Source: Bacillota bacterium
GTDB lineage: Bacteria; Bacillota_I; Bacilli_A; ML615J-28; CAG-698
Assembly (NCBI GenBank): GCA_023410025.1
Contig: JAEYQM010000023.1
Coordinates: 5 to 64,004 of the forward strand
Reading direction: 5' to 3'
DNA length: 64,000 bases
Made by a program: the position numbers and the translations under genes. Each line of letters opens with the position of its first letter. Positions within the stretch are counted from its first letter, which is position 1. The notes beneath the pieces were generated by a model. That model saw only the letters and a program-made list of their open reading frames with translations. It was not told the DNA's origin and made no database searches. Positions 49,397-58,300 of this stretch are shown here, in pieces.

Positions 49397-50196
49397 TCTC
49401 CTATTGCTATAAAACTTTGAATATTTGCTTGAGAAATAATACTCATTTGCGAATATCCATGCCAACCCATATGGGCTAATAATAAGTTATCCTTATATCC
49501 ATAAATAACGACATTGTGCCAAGTTCCTTGTTCAGAAATACTACTTCCATAAAAATTATAAGTATATTTTCTCATAACAATTATAACTGGAATATCCCTA
49601 TCTAAATAAAATTTAATACTATCAATAACTGGATTATCGTATAATAATGGTCCATCATGGTATCCAATAAACAAATCACTAGAATATTGAGAATCAATAA
49701 AATCATTCTTAAATTTAAAAAAAGTATTACGCATATGTTCAGCAGTAGATGCCCTTTGTTCTTTATAGAATGGATTATTTATATAATAACCATAGCCAGT
49801 TAAGGTATCATGTAAATGTTGATTAGTACCCAAACTAGAACCTAAATCCAAAAACTCTTCTTTTAATATTGGATTATAATATTGATGAAGATAACCTAAT
49901 ACAATTGATAGTGATACAAATCCACATGATCCATCATAATTATAAGGATAATTTGAAAGAGTAGAAAAATATTTATAATCTTTAATTAAATGAAAATCAT
50001 TGATATCAACACTATTATTTAAATACAATTTAGTTGTATAAGAATTCTTTGGATTAACAATTAACTTATCTTTTGTATATGCAAAGTAAGTTGATACATT
50101 AGTATTATTGATTATTTCTTTTTTATAATTAATAGATTTATTAACACATAAGAAATAAACAAAGAAAAATAATAAAACAATTAAAAACTTTTTCAT
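49369..50196 (-). CDS. secreted papain-fold C39-like cysteine peptidase family protein (YvpB-like)
   Basis: Signal peptide, then a Cys block DGSCGFVSLSIVLGYL and a His block GTWHNVVIYGY, as in C39_2/YvpB-type peptidases. Confidence 0.5.
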   Translation of the reverse strand: MKKFLIVLLFFFVYFLCVNKSINYKKEIINNTNVSTYFAYTKDKLIVNPKNSYTTKLYLNNSVDINDFHLIKDYKYFSTLSNYPYNYDGSCGFVSLSIVLGYLHQYYNPILKEEFLDLGSSLGTNQHLHDTLTGYGYYINNPFYKEQRASTAEHMRNTFFKFKNDFIDSQYSSDLFIGYHDGPLLYDNPVIDSIKFYLDRDIPVIIVMRKYTYNFYGSSISEQGTWHNVVIYGYKDNLLLAHMGWHGYSQMSIISQANIQSFIAIGDIKKISSLD

Positions 50197-50312
50197 TTAT
50201 TCCTCCATTAAAAAAGAATATTTACATTATAATTGTAATAATATTAAATTAGAAAGTCAATCAAAATAAAAAAAACCTTGATAAAAAAATTATAAATGGT
50301 ATAATTTATATA

Positions 50313-50428
50313 GGATCTCGGTTTATTTACCCGTATCCAATATTAAGTAGTGAACCAGGTCAGGTCGTGATTGAAGCAGCCTTAAGCTTTTCTTAGTATG
50401 TGGTTACGGGTAAATAAGGTGAGATCTT
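50313..50428 (+). ncRNA. ffs: small signal recognition particle RNA (4.5S/ffs)
   Basis: Extended -10 TGgTATAAT at 50297-50305 places +1 near 50313. Conserved SRP domain-IV strands ACCAGGTCAGGTC and GAAGCAGCC. The 5' end (ggatctc..ttatttacccgta) pairs with the 3' end (tacgggtaaataa..gagatc), followed by TTTTTT; about 116 nt. Confidence 0.7.
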
Positions 50429-50485
50429 TTTTATTCCTCATTGTAATAAAATTAAAATTATTGTATAATATACATGGAGGTTTTT

Positions 50486-50788
50486 ATGTATAATATAAAA
50501 AAAGAAAGTAATAGATTTATTATTGAAAACGAATCTTTAATTGGAAAGATTGAATTTGAATATTTTGAAGATAGTATTGCAGTTACATCAACTTATGTTA
50601 ATCCTGAATATAGGGGACAAAACATTGCAAGAATGCTAGTTGATGAAGTAGTAATGAAGGCAAGGAAAGAAAATAAACAAATTATACCTGTTTGTAGTTA
50701 TGTACTAAGATTATTTGAAAAGAATGCAGAATTTAATGATGTTTGGAATAAGAAACAATACGATTTTGATCAAGTTTGTAAATTATAA
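50486..50788 (+). CDS. small GNAT-family N-acetyltransferase
   Basis: Acetyl-CoA-binding-like block NPEYRGQNIARMLVDEVV; start at the ATG 4 nt after GGAGGT. The ORF-track start at 50474 falls inside the RBS. Confidence 0.65.
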   Translation: MYNIKKESNRFIIENESLIGKIEFEYFEDSIAVTSTYVNPEYRGQNIARMLVDEVVMKARKENKQIIPVCSYVLRLFEKNAEFNDVWNKKQYDFDQVCKL

Positions 50789-50806
50789 TACAATAGGAGA
50801 GGGAAC

Positions 50807-53008
50807 ATGAAAAAAGTATTTAATTTTATTTTAGTTCTTCTAGCAATATTACTAGTAGGATGTAGTGGCAATAAAGAAGAACCAAAACTTTATGTAAACT
50901 TTTATGGAAATAATGAATTAATAGAAAAAGTTGAGTTTCAAAAAGGAGACATTATTCTACCACCAGATGTTGAAGTTGAAGGACATAAATTGTTAGGTTG
51001 GTATTATGATGAAGAATTTACTTTAGAATTTGAAAGTGATGTTTTTACAGAAACAGCAAATATTTATGCAAAACTTGAAGCATATAAATTCCAAGTTAAA
51101 TTCTATACATACGGTGGAACAACGATTGCTCCAATTACTATTGAATATGGTAAGTTATTAACTATATCTACAACACCAACAAGAGTTGGTTATGAATTTG
51201 TTGGTTGGTATGTGGATAATAATTATACAGAATTATTTGATGAAAACAAAGAAATTAAAAAAGATTTATCATTACATGCAAAGTGGGAAGAAATTGAGTT
51301 ACCACTTGTTGAAACAAATGAATTTGATGCATATTATATTATTACAAGTTTTGGATATGATTCTTCAACAACTGTAAATATTAATTATCATACTAAGAAT
51401 ACAAAAACTTCGGTTGAATATACTGAAGTAAGTGATACAAATTACTCAAATAAGAAAATTGCTTATACAACAATGAAAGCTTTTGAATCAATTGTTGATA
51501 TGGAAGTTCCATTTGAAATTAGAAATGTTTGTAGACTTACTCTTGATAAATTAAAACCAGGAACAAGTTACAAATATCGTGTTAATAAAGGGGACGGAAC
51601 TTATACTGAAGATTATCACTTTAAAACAAGCGGTGATGGAACAACTAGTTTTGTTTTTCTAACAGATGTTCATTACTATGATGGTTTTGATGGGGCTGAA
51701 ATTAGTGAAACAGTTATATCAGCAGCAAGACAAATCCAACCTAATATAGGATTTGTTGTTGAAACAGGCGATTTAGTTGATACCGGTGGAAATGCTGATG
51801 ACTGGAATAAGTTCTTTACTAATGCAGGAAATTTAAAAAATTTACCATTCTTTAATGTTCCCGGAAATCATGAACATTATGAAGTTGGTAGTATGAAAAA
51901 TAAAATATTTTCAAGTTACTATAATTTCCCTCAAAATGGAATTGGTGACTATGTAGGGGCAAGTTATTATTTTAAATATAACAATGTATTGTTCGTAATG
52001 ATTGATACAGATTTACCATATAATCAAGGCGAACAATTACAATGGTTAGATAAAGTTATTACAGAAAATAAACAAGATTTTATAATTGTTGGAACTCATG
52101 CTCCAGTTAATGTAGTTGATAATACTGACTATAATCGTCCATTTATGGAAATTATGGAAAAACACGCTGTAGATTTGGTATTATGTGGACACTATCATAG
52201 TGATAGTTTTTCAAATACATACTTAGATAGTAAACCATTTAATGATCAAATTGGTGTTACTTATTTAAGAGGTAATGGTGGTGGAATCAAGAGTATTGGT
52301 ACTGCAGATCCACTTGATTTCGCAAAAGGTTATATTATTGATATTGAGGGTAGTAGAATCGTTGTTAGACAAATTAATGCTAGAGGTAAAGTTATTAATA
52401 CAAGATATGTTAATAACTATAAAACTGCTCCAAAACAAGATGCAACAAAACAAGAACTAATCGATTCAGTAGTAGTAACACCTAACTTAGATAATGAAAC
52501 TATTACATTTAATTGGTCTAGTAAATTCTATAAGAATGTGAAAGAAGTAATCATTCAAGAAGAGTATCGTGATCGTAAGAAAGCAGAATTTATTATTCCA
52601 ACACCAGGATATAATCAACACACATTTACCGCTTTTAGTAAAAACTATGATTCGAAATATACTTTTACTATTAAATTTAATGATGGTACAGTGGAAACTT
52701 TAAACTTTGAATATTTGAATAAGGGTGGAATTGGTGCTGTTGTTGATAACATTACAACGACTTCAGCAAGATTAAAATATGATCAACCAAGTGCAAATGA
52801 TAAATCAATTTTAAAAACATATAATATCTATTTAGATGGCAAGTTATTCACATCTTATAGTGCTATTGATGTAAACAACAACTTTAGTGTTGTAACAGAA
52901 TATAATCTAACGGGATTAAAAGCAAATACAGAATATGAATTAAAAATTGAAGCTATTGGAAGAAATGGTCATTTATATTCACAAACTTTAAAATTTAAAA
53001 CAAAATAA
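50807..53008 (+). CDS. surface lipoprotein with Listeria/Bacteroides-type repeats, purple-acid-phosphatase-like calcineurin-fold metallophosphoesterase domain and C-terminal FN3-like domains
   Basis: Lipobox LLVGCSG; two LGWYYDEEF / FVGWYVDNNY repeats; metallophosphoesterase motifs FLTDVHY, GDLVDTGG, VPGNHEH, GTHAPV, CGHYHSD; beta-rich C-terminus. Confidence 0.75.
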   Translation: MKKVFNFILVLLAILLVGCSGNKEEPKLYVNFYGNNELIEKVEFQKGDIILPPDVEVEGHKLLGWYYDEEFTLEFESDVFTETANIYAKLEAYKFQVKFYTYGGTTIAPITIEYGKLLTISTTPTRVGYEFVGWYVDNNYTELFDENKEIKKDLSLHAKWEEIELPLVETNEFDAYYIITSFGYDSSTTVNINYHTKNTKTSVEYTEVSDTNYSNKKIAYTTMKAFESIVDMEVPFEIRNVCRLTLDKLKPGTSYKYRVNKGDGTYTEDYHFKTSGDGTTSFVFLTDVHYYDGFDGAEISETVISAARQIQPNIGFVVETGDLVDTGGNADDWNKFFTNAGNLKNLPFFNVPGNHEHYEVGSMKNKIFSSYYNFPQNGIGDYVGASYYFKYNNVLFVMIDTDLPYNQGEQLQWLDKVITENKQDFIIVGTHAPVNVVDNTDYNRPFMEIMEKHAVDLVLCGHYHSDSFSNTYLDSKPFNDQIGVTYLRGNGGGIKSIGTADPLDFAKGYIIDIEGSRIVVRQINARGKVINTRYVNNYKTAPKQDATKQELIDSVVVTPNLDNETITFNWSSKFYKNVKEVIIQEEYRDRKKAEFIIPTPGYNQHTFTAFSKNYDSKYTFTIKFNDGTVETLNFEYLNKGGIGAVVDNITTTSARLKYDQPSANDKSILKTYNIYLDGKLFTSYSAIDVNNNFSVVTEYNLTGLKANTEYELKIEAIGRNGHLYSQTLKFKTK

Positions 53009-53059
53009 TACTTGATTTAAATTTTATTGTATGTTATAATATTTAAAATTTGTTTAAAA

Positions 53060-53101
53060 CTGATGAAATAAAGCCTTTTTGCATTATTCATCAGTTTTTT
53101 T
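53060..53101 (+). terminator. rho-independent terminator after the metallophosphoesterase gene
   Basis: Stem ctgatgaa / ttcatcag (19-nt loop) followed by TTTTTTT. Confidence 0.7.
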
Positions 53102-53156
53102 GTCTATATTGCTTTTTATTAAATTGGTGCTATAATATTGATAAGAGGTATTTATT

Positions 53157-54902
53157 ATGAAAACAGCATTTCAACACATTTCATGGTTTTTTAAGTACGC
53201 ATATAAAAGATATCTTTTTGTTGGACTAATTCTGTTAACTTTATCAATTACACTTTCTTTTCCAGCAAAATTTTTAGGACTTGCAATTGATGATATTGCA
53301 AGTGGATCATTAACAATAAATAGTTTGGTTATCTATGTTATAGGATTACTTTGTATTCCTTTATTAAGATATATACTTAATATAGTTTACCATTACAATA
53401 TTAATAAATTAGGTCATGAATTGTCATTCAAGCTTAGAGAAAATTATATTTCACATTTATTTGATCTTGATGCTAGTATTTACGAAAAATATACTAAAGG
53501 GGATTTAATTTCAAGAGCAACAAATGATTTACAAAATTTAACTGTTCTTGCAACAACTTTCCTACAACAAGTAGTATTTAACTCTGGTGTGGTTATTACA
53601 GCAATTTTTATGATGGTAACTATTAGCCCCCTACTTACTGTTGCAAGTATTACAATCATGCCGTTTACAATTTTCTATTTAAATAAGAAGAGATTAAAGA
53701 AAAGACAATATTATAAGGTACACCAAGAAATATATGCAGATATGCAAGAGAAGGTTCTTGAATCAATTGAAGGTGTGAAGGCTGTCAGAGCTTATACAGA
53801 AGAGGAAAATGACTTTCAAAAGACAAAGAAGGCAATTGATAGAGATATTGAATCCTGGTGGCATATATTAAAGTTTGAATCAATATATGGTCCACTATTT
53901 GAACTAGTATATGCAATATGTTATTTTGTTGCTATTGCCTTTGGAAGTTATATGGTAATTCATTCACAAATATCTGTAGGTGAGCTTGTAACATTCTTAA
54001 TCTATGTTGGTATGTTATATTCACCACTTATTATATTAAGTAATACTTTAAATACTGTTAATAATGTAGTTATTTCTGATAATAGATATAATGAAATTAT
54101 GAGTATTGAACCTAATGTTAAGGATATTGAAAATCCAAAGGGTGTTATTGAATTTAATGAAATTGAGTTTTTAGATGTATCATTCAAATATCCATTTGAT
54201 GAGACAGAAACAATAAAGAACATTTCCTTTAAAATTAAAAAAGGGGAAACAATTGGTATTGTTGGTCCAACAGGGGCTGGAAAAAGTACATTAATTAGAC
54301 AACTATTAAGACAGTTTAATATTACAAGTGGAAATATCTTAATAGATGGTGTTGATATTAAAGAATATAGTATTAAAGATATTCACGATCTAGTAGGTTA
54401 TGTACCTCAAGATCATATCTTATTTAGACGAAGTGTTGATGATAATATTCTAATTGGAAATCCGAATGCTACATATGAACAAATTACTAATGCTATTAAT
54501 ATCGCTGATTTTAGAAAAGATATCAAAGAGTTACCTATGGGAACAGAAACAATGGTTGCTGAACTTGGAGGATCATTAAGTGGTGGACAAAGACAAAGAT
54601 TATCAATAGCAAGGGCTTTAGTAAAAGATCCACAAATCTTAATCCTAGATGATAGTTTAAGTGCGGTTGATGCCTTAACTGAAGCAAACATTATAGCAAG
54701 TCTAAAAGAATCAAGAAATGATAAAACGAATATTATAGTTGCCCATAGATTTTCTGCTGTAACAGGCGCTGATAAAATTATTGTTCTTCAAGAAGGTAGA
54801 ATTACTGATATTGGAAATCATAATGATTTACTAAAATATGACAATTGGTATAAAATGCAATATATAAAACAAATACAGGGTGACATAAATGAAAAATTTT
54901 AA
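53157..54902 (+). CDS. ABC exporter half-transporter (TMD-NBD) with non-canonical Walker B (ILILDD), degenerate-site partner
   Basis: Six-TM exporter domain; Walker A GPTGAGKST, canonical signature LSGGQRQ, but Walker B LILDDS (Asp replaces the catalytic Glu); -10 TGcTATAAT upstream. Confidence 0.85.
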   Translation: MKTAFQHISWFFKYAYKRYLFVGLILLTLSITLSFPAKFLGLAIDDIASGSLTINSLVIYVIGLLCIPLLRYILNIVYHYNINKLGHELSFKLRENYISHLFDLDASIYEKYTKGDLISRATNDLQNLTVLATTFLQQVVFNSGVVITAIFMMVTISPLLTVASITIMPFTIFYLNKKRLKKRQYYKVHQEIYADMQEKVLESIEGVKAVRAYTEEENDFQKTKKAIDRDIESWWHILKFESIYGPLFELVYAICYFVAIAFGSYMVIHSQISVGELVTFLIYVGMLYSPLIILSNTLNTVNNVVISDNRYNEIMSIEPNVKDIENPKGVIEFNEIEFLDVSFKYPFDETETIKNISFKIKKGETIGIVGPTGAGKSTLIRQLLRQFNITSGNILIDGVDIKEYSIKDIHDLVGYVPQDHILFRRSVDDNILIGNPNATYEQITNAINIADFRKDIKELPMGTETMVAELGGSLSGGQRQRLSIARALVKDPQILILDDSLSAVDALTEANIIASLKESRNDKTNIIVAHRFSAVTGADKIIVLQEGRITDIGNHNDLLKYDNWYKMQYIKQIQGDINEKF

Positions 54903-56913
54903 GCGTTTATTTAGATACGTGAAAGGGAAATATCGTTTCTTTTTCTTAAGTATCTTTATGATTATAATTGTTCAGATTTTAGGATTTATTACTCCACTTC
55001 TTGTAAAGGGAATAATTGATGAGCAATTATTAGGAATTGAATTTGAGTGGGCAGAAGTAAAAGAAGATGGGGATAAGACTGTTGAGTTTAATGGAAGATA
55101 CTATATTCAATATCGCCATTTAGATGATAATGATGAAGTAATTGGTGACGCCAGTATTGTTATATATAAAGTAGGTTACTACTTTACTAATTCAAAAGTT
55201 ATTAATGGGCAAAGGGATGTTAAAGATAATGTATTAGTTGTTACTACTGAGGATAGTTCTTATACATATGACGTAGTAAGACTTAATGCTTTTGAGATTT
55301 CTAAATTTTATAACCCTGTTGTTCCAACATTAATTATCCTTATTGTGTTATTATTTTTAAAGAGTGTTGTTGTAATTATAGCTACTTATATACAACACTT
55401 ATCAACAAATAGAGTAGTTAGTTGGATTGCTCAAGATGCAAGAACTGATGCAATGAGAAGCGTTGAAAGATTACCAATTTCTTATTTTGAGTCTGAACCT
55501 GCTGGTAAAATGTCAGCTAGAATTACTCATGATGTAGATGGTATGATTGGTTTATACAGATTAAGCGTAAATGTATTTTTAAATACTATTTTGAGCTTTG
55601 TCTTTGCATATGTTGGAATGTTTTATTTAAACTGGAAAATTGCATTAATAACATTTGTTGCATATCCATTAATTTATATTTGGGTAGCATTCTTCTTGAA
55701 ACGTTTAAAAGTATTAGCTGAAAAGGTTAATGAATTAAGAAGTATGTTAACAGCTAAAATAAATGAGATTATTAATGGTATTAATATTCTCCAAGTATTT
55801 AATTTCAAAAAACAAACAGTTCATGAATTTAATATCATCAACCAAAACTTTAAAAATGAACAATTAAAGGAAGTAAAATTACATATTACAGCTGGTTGGA
55901 ATATGATTAACATTATTAAAGCAACGATAACAACCTTTATAGTTGCATACTTTGGATGGCAATATTTAAGTTTCTCAGATATTATCGTAACTGCGGGATT
56001 AATATATGCTTATAATGAATATTTACTAAAAATAATTGAGCCCGTTAATGCAATTTTTGTTAACGTTGGTGAATTCCAACACTCAATGGTAAGAGTTGAT
56101 AGAATCTTTAAACTTATTGAAGGTGATCTTGAAGATGATACAATTGGAGATATTGCAAAATATAGAGGAGATATTAAATTTGATAATATCTGGTTTAGCT
56201 ATAAAAAAGGTCTATATGTTTTAAAGGGCGTTACAATAGATGTACAAAGTGGACAAATGATAGGTCTAGTTGGTCATACAGGTAGTGGTAAATCTTCACT
56301 TATGAATTTACTATTAAGATTTTATGATATTGATGATGATAAATCAGGAGCCATTTACGTTGACGGTATGGATATAAGAAAGATACCAAAGAGGGTTTAT
56401 CGTAAACATTTAGGTATTGTTCTTCAAGAACCAACCCTATTTAAAGGAACTATAGCAAGTAATATTCGATTTGGTTTAAATGATATAAGTGATGAAGAAG
56501 TTAAAAGAGTATTAATATCGGTTGGTGGAGAAAAAATAATTAATAAATTTGAACTTGGAATTAATCAACCAATTACAAGATCTGGTTCAAACTTAAGTAG
56601 TGGTGAAAAACAAATTATTACTCTTGCAAGAGTATTAATTCACAATCCATCAATATTAATTATGGATGAAGCTACTTCTCATATTGATACAGAAACTGAA
56701 GAAATGATAAAAAAAGCTTTAAAGGTTGTTTCAGTTGGTAGGACAGTAATTGTTATTGCCCACCGTTTAAGTACAATCTATGATGCTGACAAGATTGTTG
56801 TCTTAGACCATGGATTAAAAGTTGAAGAAGGTACTCATAACGAACTTTTAACTCATAATGGATATTATGCTAATATGTACCGAGCACAAATAGCAAATCA
56901 TAAAAAGAACTGA
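54889..56913 (+). CDS. ABC exporter half-transporter (TMD-NBD), consensus-site partner, with about 100-aa extracellular insertion between TM1 and TM2
   Basis: Walker A GHTGSGKSS, Walker B LIMDEATS (canonical DE), atypical signature LSSGEKQ; the insert spans residues ~45-150 between the first two TM helices; overlaps the upstream gene. Confidence 0.85.
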   Translation: MKNFKRLFRYVKGKYRFFFLSIFMIIIVQILGFITPLLVKGIIDEQLLGIEFEWAEVKEDGDKTVEFNGRYYIQYRHLDDNDEVIGDASIVIYKVGYYFTNSKVINGQRDVKDNVLVVTTEDSSYTYDVVRLNAFEISKFYNPVVPTLIILIVLLFLKSVVVIIATYIQHLSTNRVVSWIAQDARTDAMRSVERLPISYFESEPAGKMSARITHDVDGMIGLYRLSVNVFLNTILSFVFAYVGMFYLNWKIALITFVAYPLIYIWVAFFLKRLKVLAEKVNELRSMLTAKINEIINGINILQVFNFKKQTVHEFNIINQNFKNEQLKEVKLHITAGWNMINIIKATITTFIVAYFGWQYLSFSDIIVTAGLIYAYNEYLLKIIEPVNAIFVNVGEFQHSMVRVDRIFKLIEGDLEDDTIGDIAKYRGDIKFDNIWFSYKKGLYVLKGVTIDVQSGQMIGLVGHTGSGKSSLMNLLLRFYDIDDDKSGAIYVDGMDIRKIPKRVYRKHLGIVLQEPTLFKGTIASNIRFGLNDISDEEVKRVLISVGGEKIINKFELGINQPITRSGSNLSSGEKQIITLARVLIHNPSILIMDEATSHIDTETEEMIKKALKVVSVGRTVIVIAHRLSTIYDADKIVVLDHGLKVEEGTHNELLTHNGYYANMYRAQIANHKKN

Positions 56914-56935
56914 ACATTTTGTTCAGTTTTTTTAA
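56910..56935 (+). terminator. rho-independent terminator after the ABC exporter pair
   Basis: Stem ctgaaca tttt gttcag followed by TTTTTTT, overlapping the stop codon. Confidence 0.8.
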
Positions 56936-57006
56936 AAAGATATGATGTAATGAAAAAAAATATATGGTATAATATATTATATATTAATTATGAAAGAAGG
57001 AGAAAA

Positions 57007-58260
57007 ATGAAAATCATTGATGTGTTAGTGACTAAATCTTATACTGGCTTTTATTTTGATGATCAAGAAGCTATTAAAAGAGGGGCATCACAAGATGGGC
57101 TTATATATTTAGGGGAACCAATTACTCCAGGATTTAAAACAATTCGTCAACCAGGGGAAGCAATATCAATTCAATTAGTGCTTGAAGATGGAAGTATTGG
57201 AATTGGAGATTGCGCAGCTGTACAATATAGTGGGGCAGGAGGAAGAGAAGCTTTATTTACTGCTGAAGAATTTATCCCATTTATTGAAGACAATATTAAA
57301 CCTTTATTGATAGGTGAAGACGTAAGTGAGTTTAAACAACTTGCTGAAAAATATGATAAATTAGAAGTGAATAACAAAAGAATTCACATGGCAATAAGAT
57401 ATGGTTTAACTCAAGCTTTATTAAATGCTACAGCTATGGCCAATAAGTTAACAAAAGCTGAAGTTATAAGAAAAGAATATAATATTCAAGACGATGTTTA
57501 TAAATATGTGCCAATCTTTACTCAATCTGGTGATGATCGCTATTTAAATGTTGATAAGATGATACTTAAGGAAGTTGATGCTTTACCTCATGCTTTATTT
57601 AATAATCTTAATAAATTAGGTATGAATGGTGAAAAACTAATAGAATATCTAAAATGGCTAACGAATAGAGTTATTACAACAAGAAAAAGAGAAGATTATA
57701 ATCCAGTGTTTCATATTGATACATATGGAACAATTGGTATGGCATTTAACTATGATATAGATAAAATGGTTGAATACTTTAAGAAATTAGAAGAATTAGC
57801 TCAGCCATTTAAATTAAGAATTGAAGGTCCTGTTGATGCAGGATCGAAAGAAAAGACGATTTACTACCTAAAAGAATTAACAAGAAGATTAGATGAAAAT
57901 AATATTCAAGTTGAAATCGTAGCTGATGAATGGTGTAATACATTAGAAGATGTTATTGATTTTGTAAATGAAAGAGCTGGACATATGGTTCAAATAAAAA
58001 CTCCCGATTTAGGTGGAATCAATAATACAATTGAAGCAATATTATATTGTGAAGGAAAAGATGTTTTAGCATATTGTGGAGGGACATGTAATGAAACTGA
58101 AATCTCTGCACATGTAACAACAAATATTGCCATAGCATGTAAAGCAGTACAAATATTGGGTAAACCTGGTATGGGCGTTGATGAAGCTTTAATGATTTGT
58201 AAGAATGAAGAAAATAGAGTAATAGCAATTGCTAATAATAGAAAAAACTTTAAAAAATAG
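57007..58260 (+). CDS. mal: 3-methylaspartate ammonia-lyase (beta-methylaspartase)
   Basis: Matches Clostridium tetanomorphum MAL along its whole length: MKIIDVL...GFYFDDQ, GDCAAVQYSGAGGR, QSGDDRY, VQIKTPDLGGINN, YCGGTCNET. Start at the ATG after AAGGAG; -10 TGgTATAAT upstream. Confidence 0.9.
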   Translation: MKIIDVLVTKSYTGFYFDDQEAIKRGASQDGLIYLGEPITPGFKTIRQPGEAISIQLVLEDGSIGIGDCAAVQYSGAGGREALFTAEEFIPFIEDNIKPLLIGEDVSEFKQLAEKYDKLEVNNKRIHMAIRYGLTQALLNATAMANKLTKAEVIRKEYNIQDDVYKYVPIFTQSGDDRYLNVDKMILKEVDALPHALFNNLNKLGMNGEKLIEYLKWLTNRVITTRKREDYNPVFHIDTYGTIGMAFNYDIDKMVEYFKKLEELAQPFKLRIEGPVDAGSKEKTIYYLKELTRRLDENNIQVEIVADEWCNTLEDVIDFVNERAGHMVQIKTPDLGGINNTIEAILYCEGKDVLAYCGGTCNETEISAHVTTNIAIACKAVQILGKPGMGVDEALMICKNEENRVIAIANNRKNFKK

Positions 58261-58262
58261 AA

Positions 58263-58300
58263 GAAAAGAGCATTGATTTTTAATCAATGCTCTTATTTTT
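58263..58300. terminator. bidirectional terminator between mal and the convergent giant lipoprotein gene
   Basis: Stem agagcattgatt ttta atcaatgctct followed by T-run. Confidence 0.8.

Noticed and set aside
53026-53101. Promoter-like TGTTATAAT followed by a hairpin plus T-run, considered as a transcription-attenuator leader for the ABC exporter
   Set aside because: The hairpin sits about 50 nt after the stop of the upstream lipoprotein gene and is more simply its terminator. The exporter has its own -10 (TGcTATAAT) and RBS further downstream.
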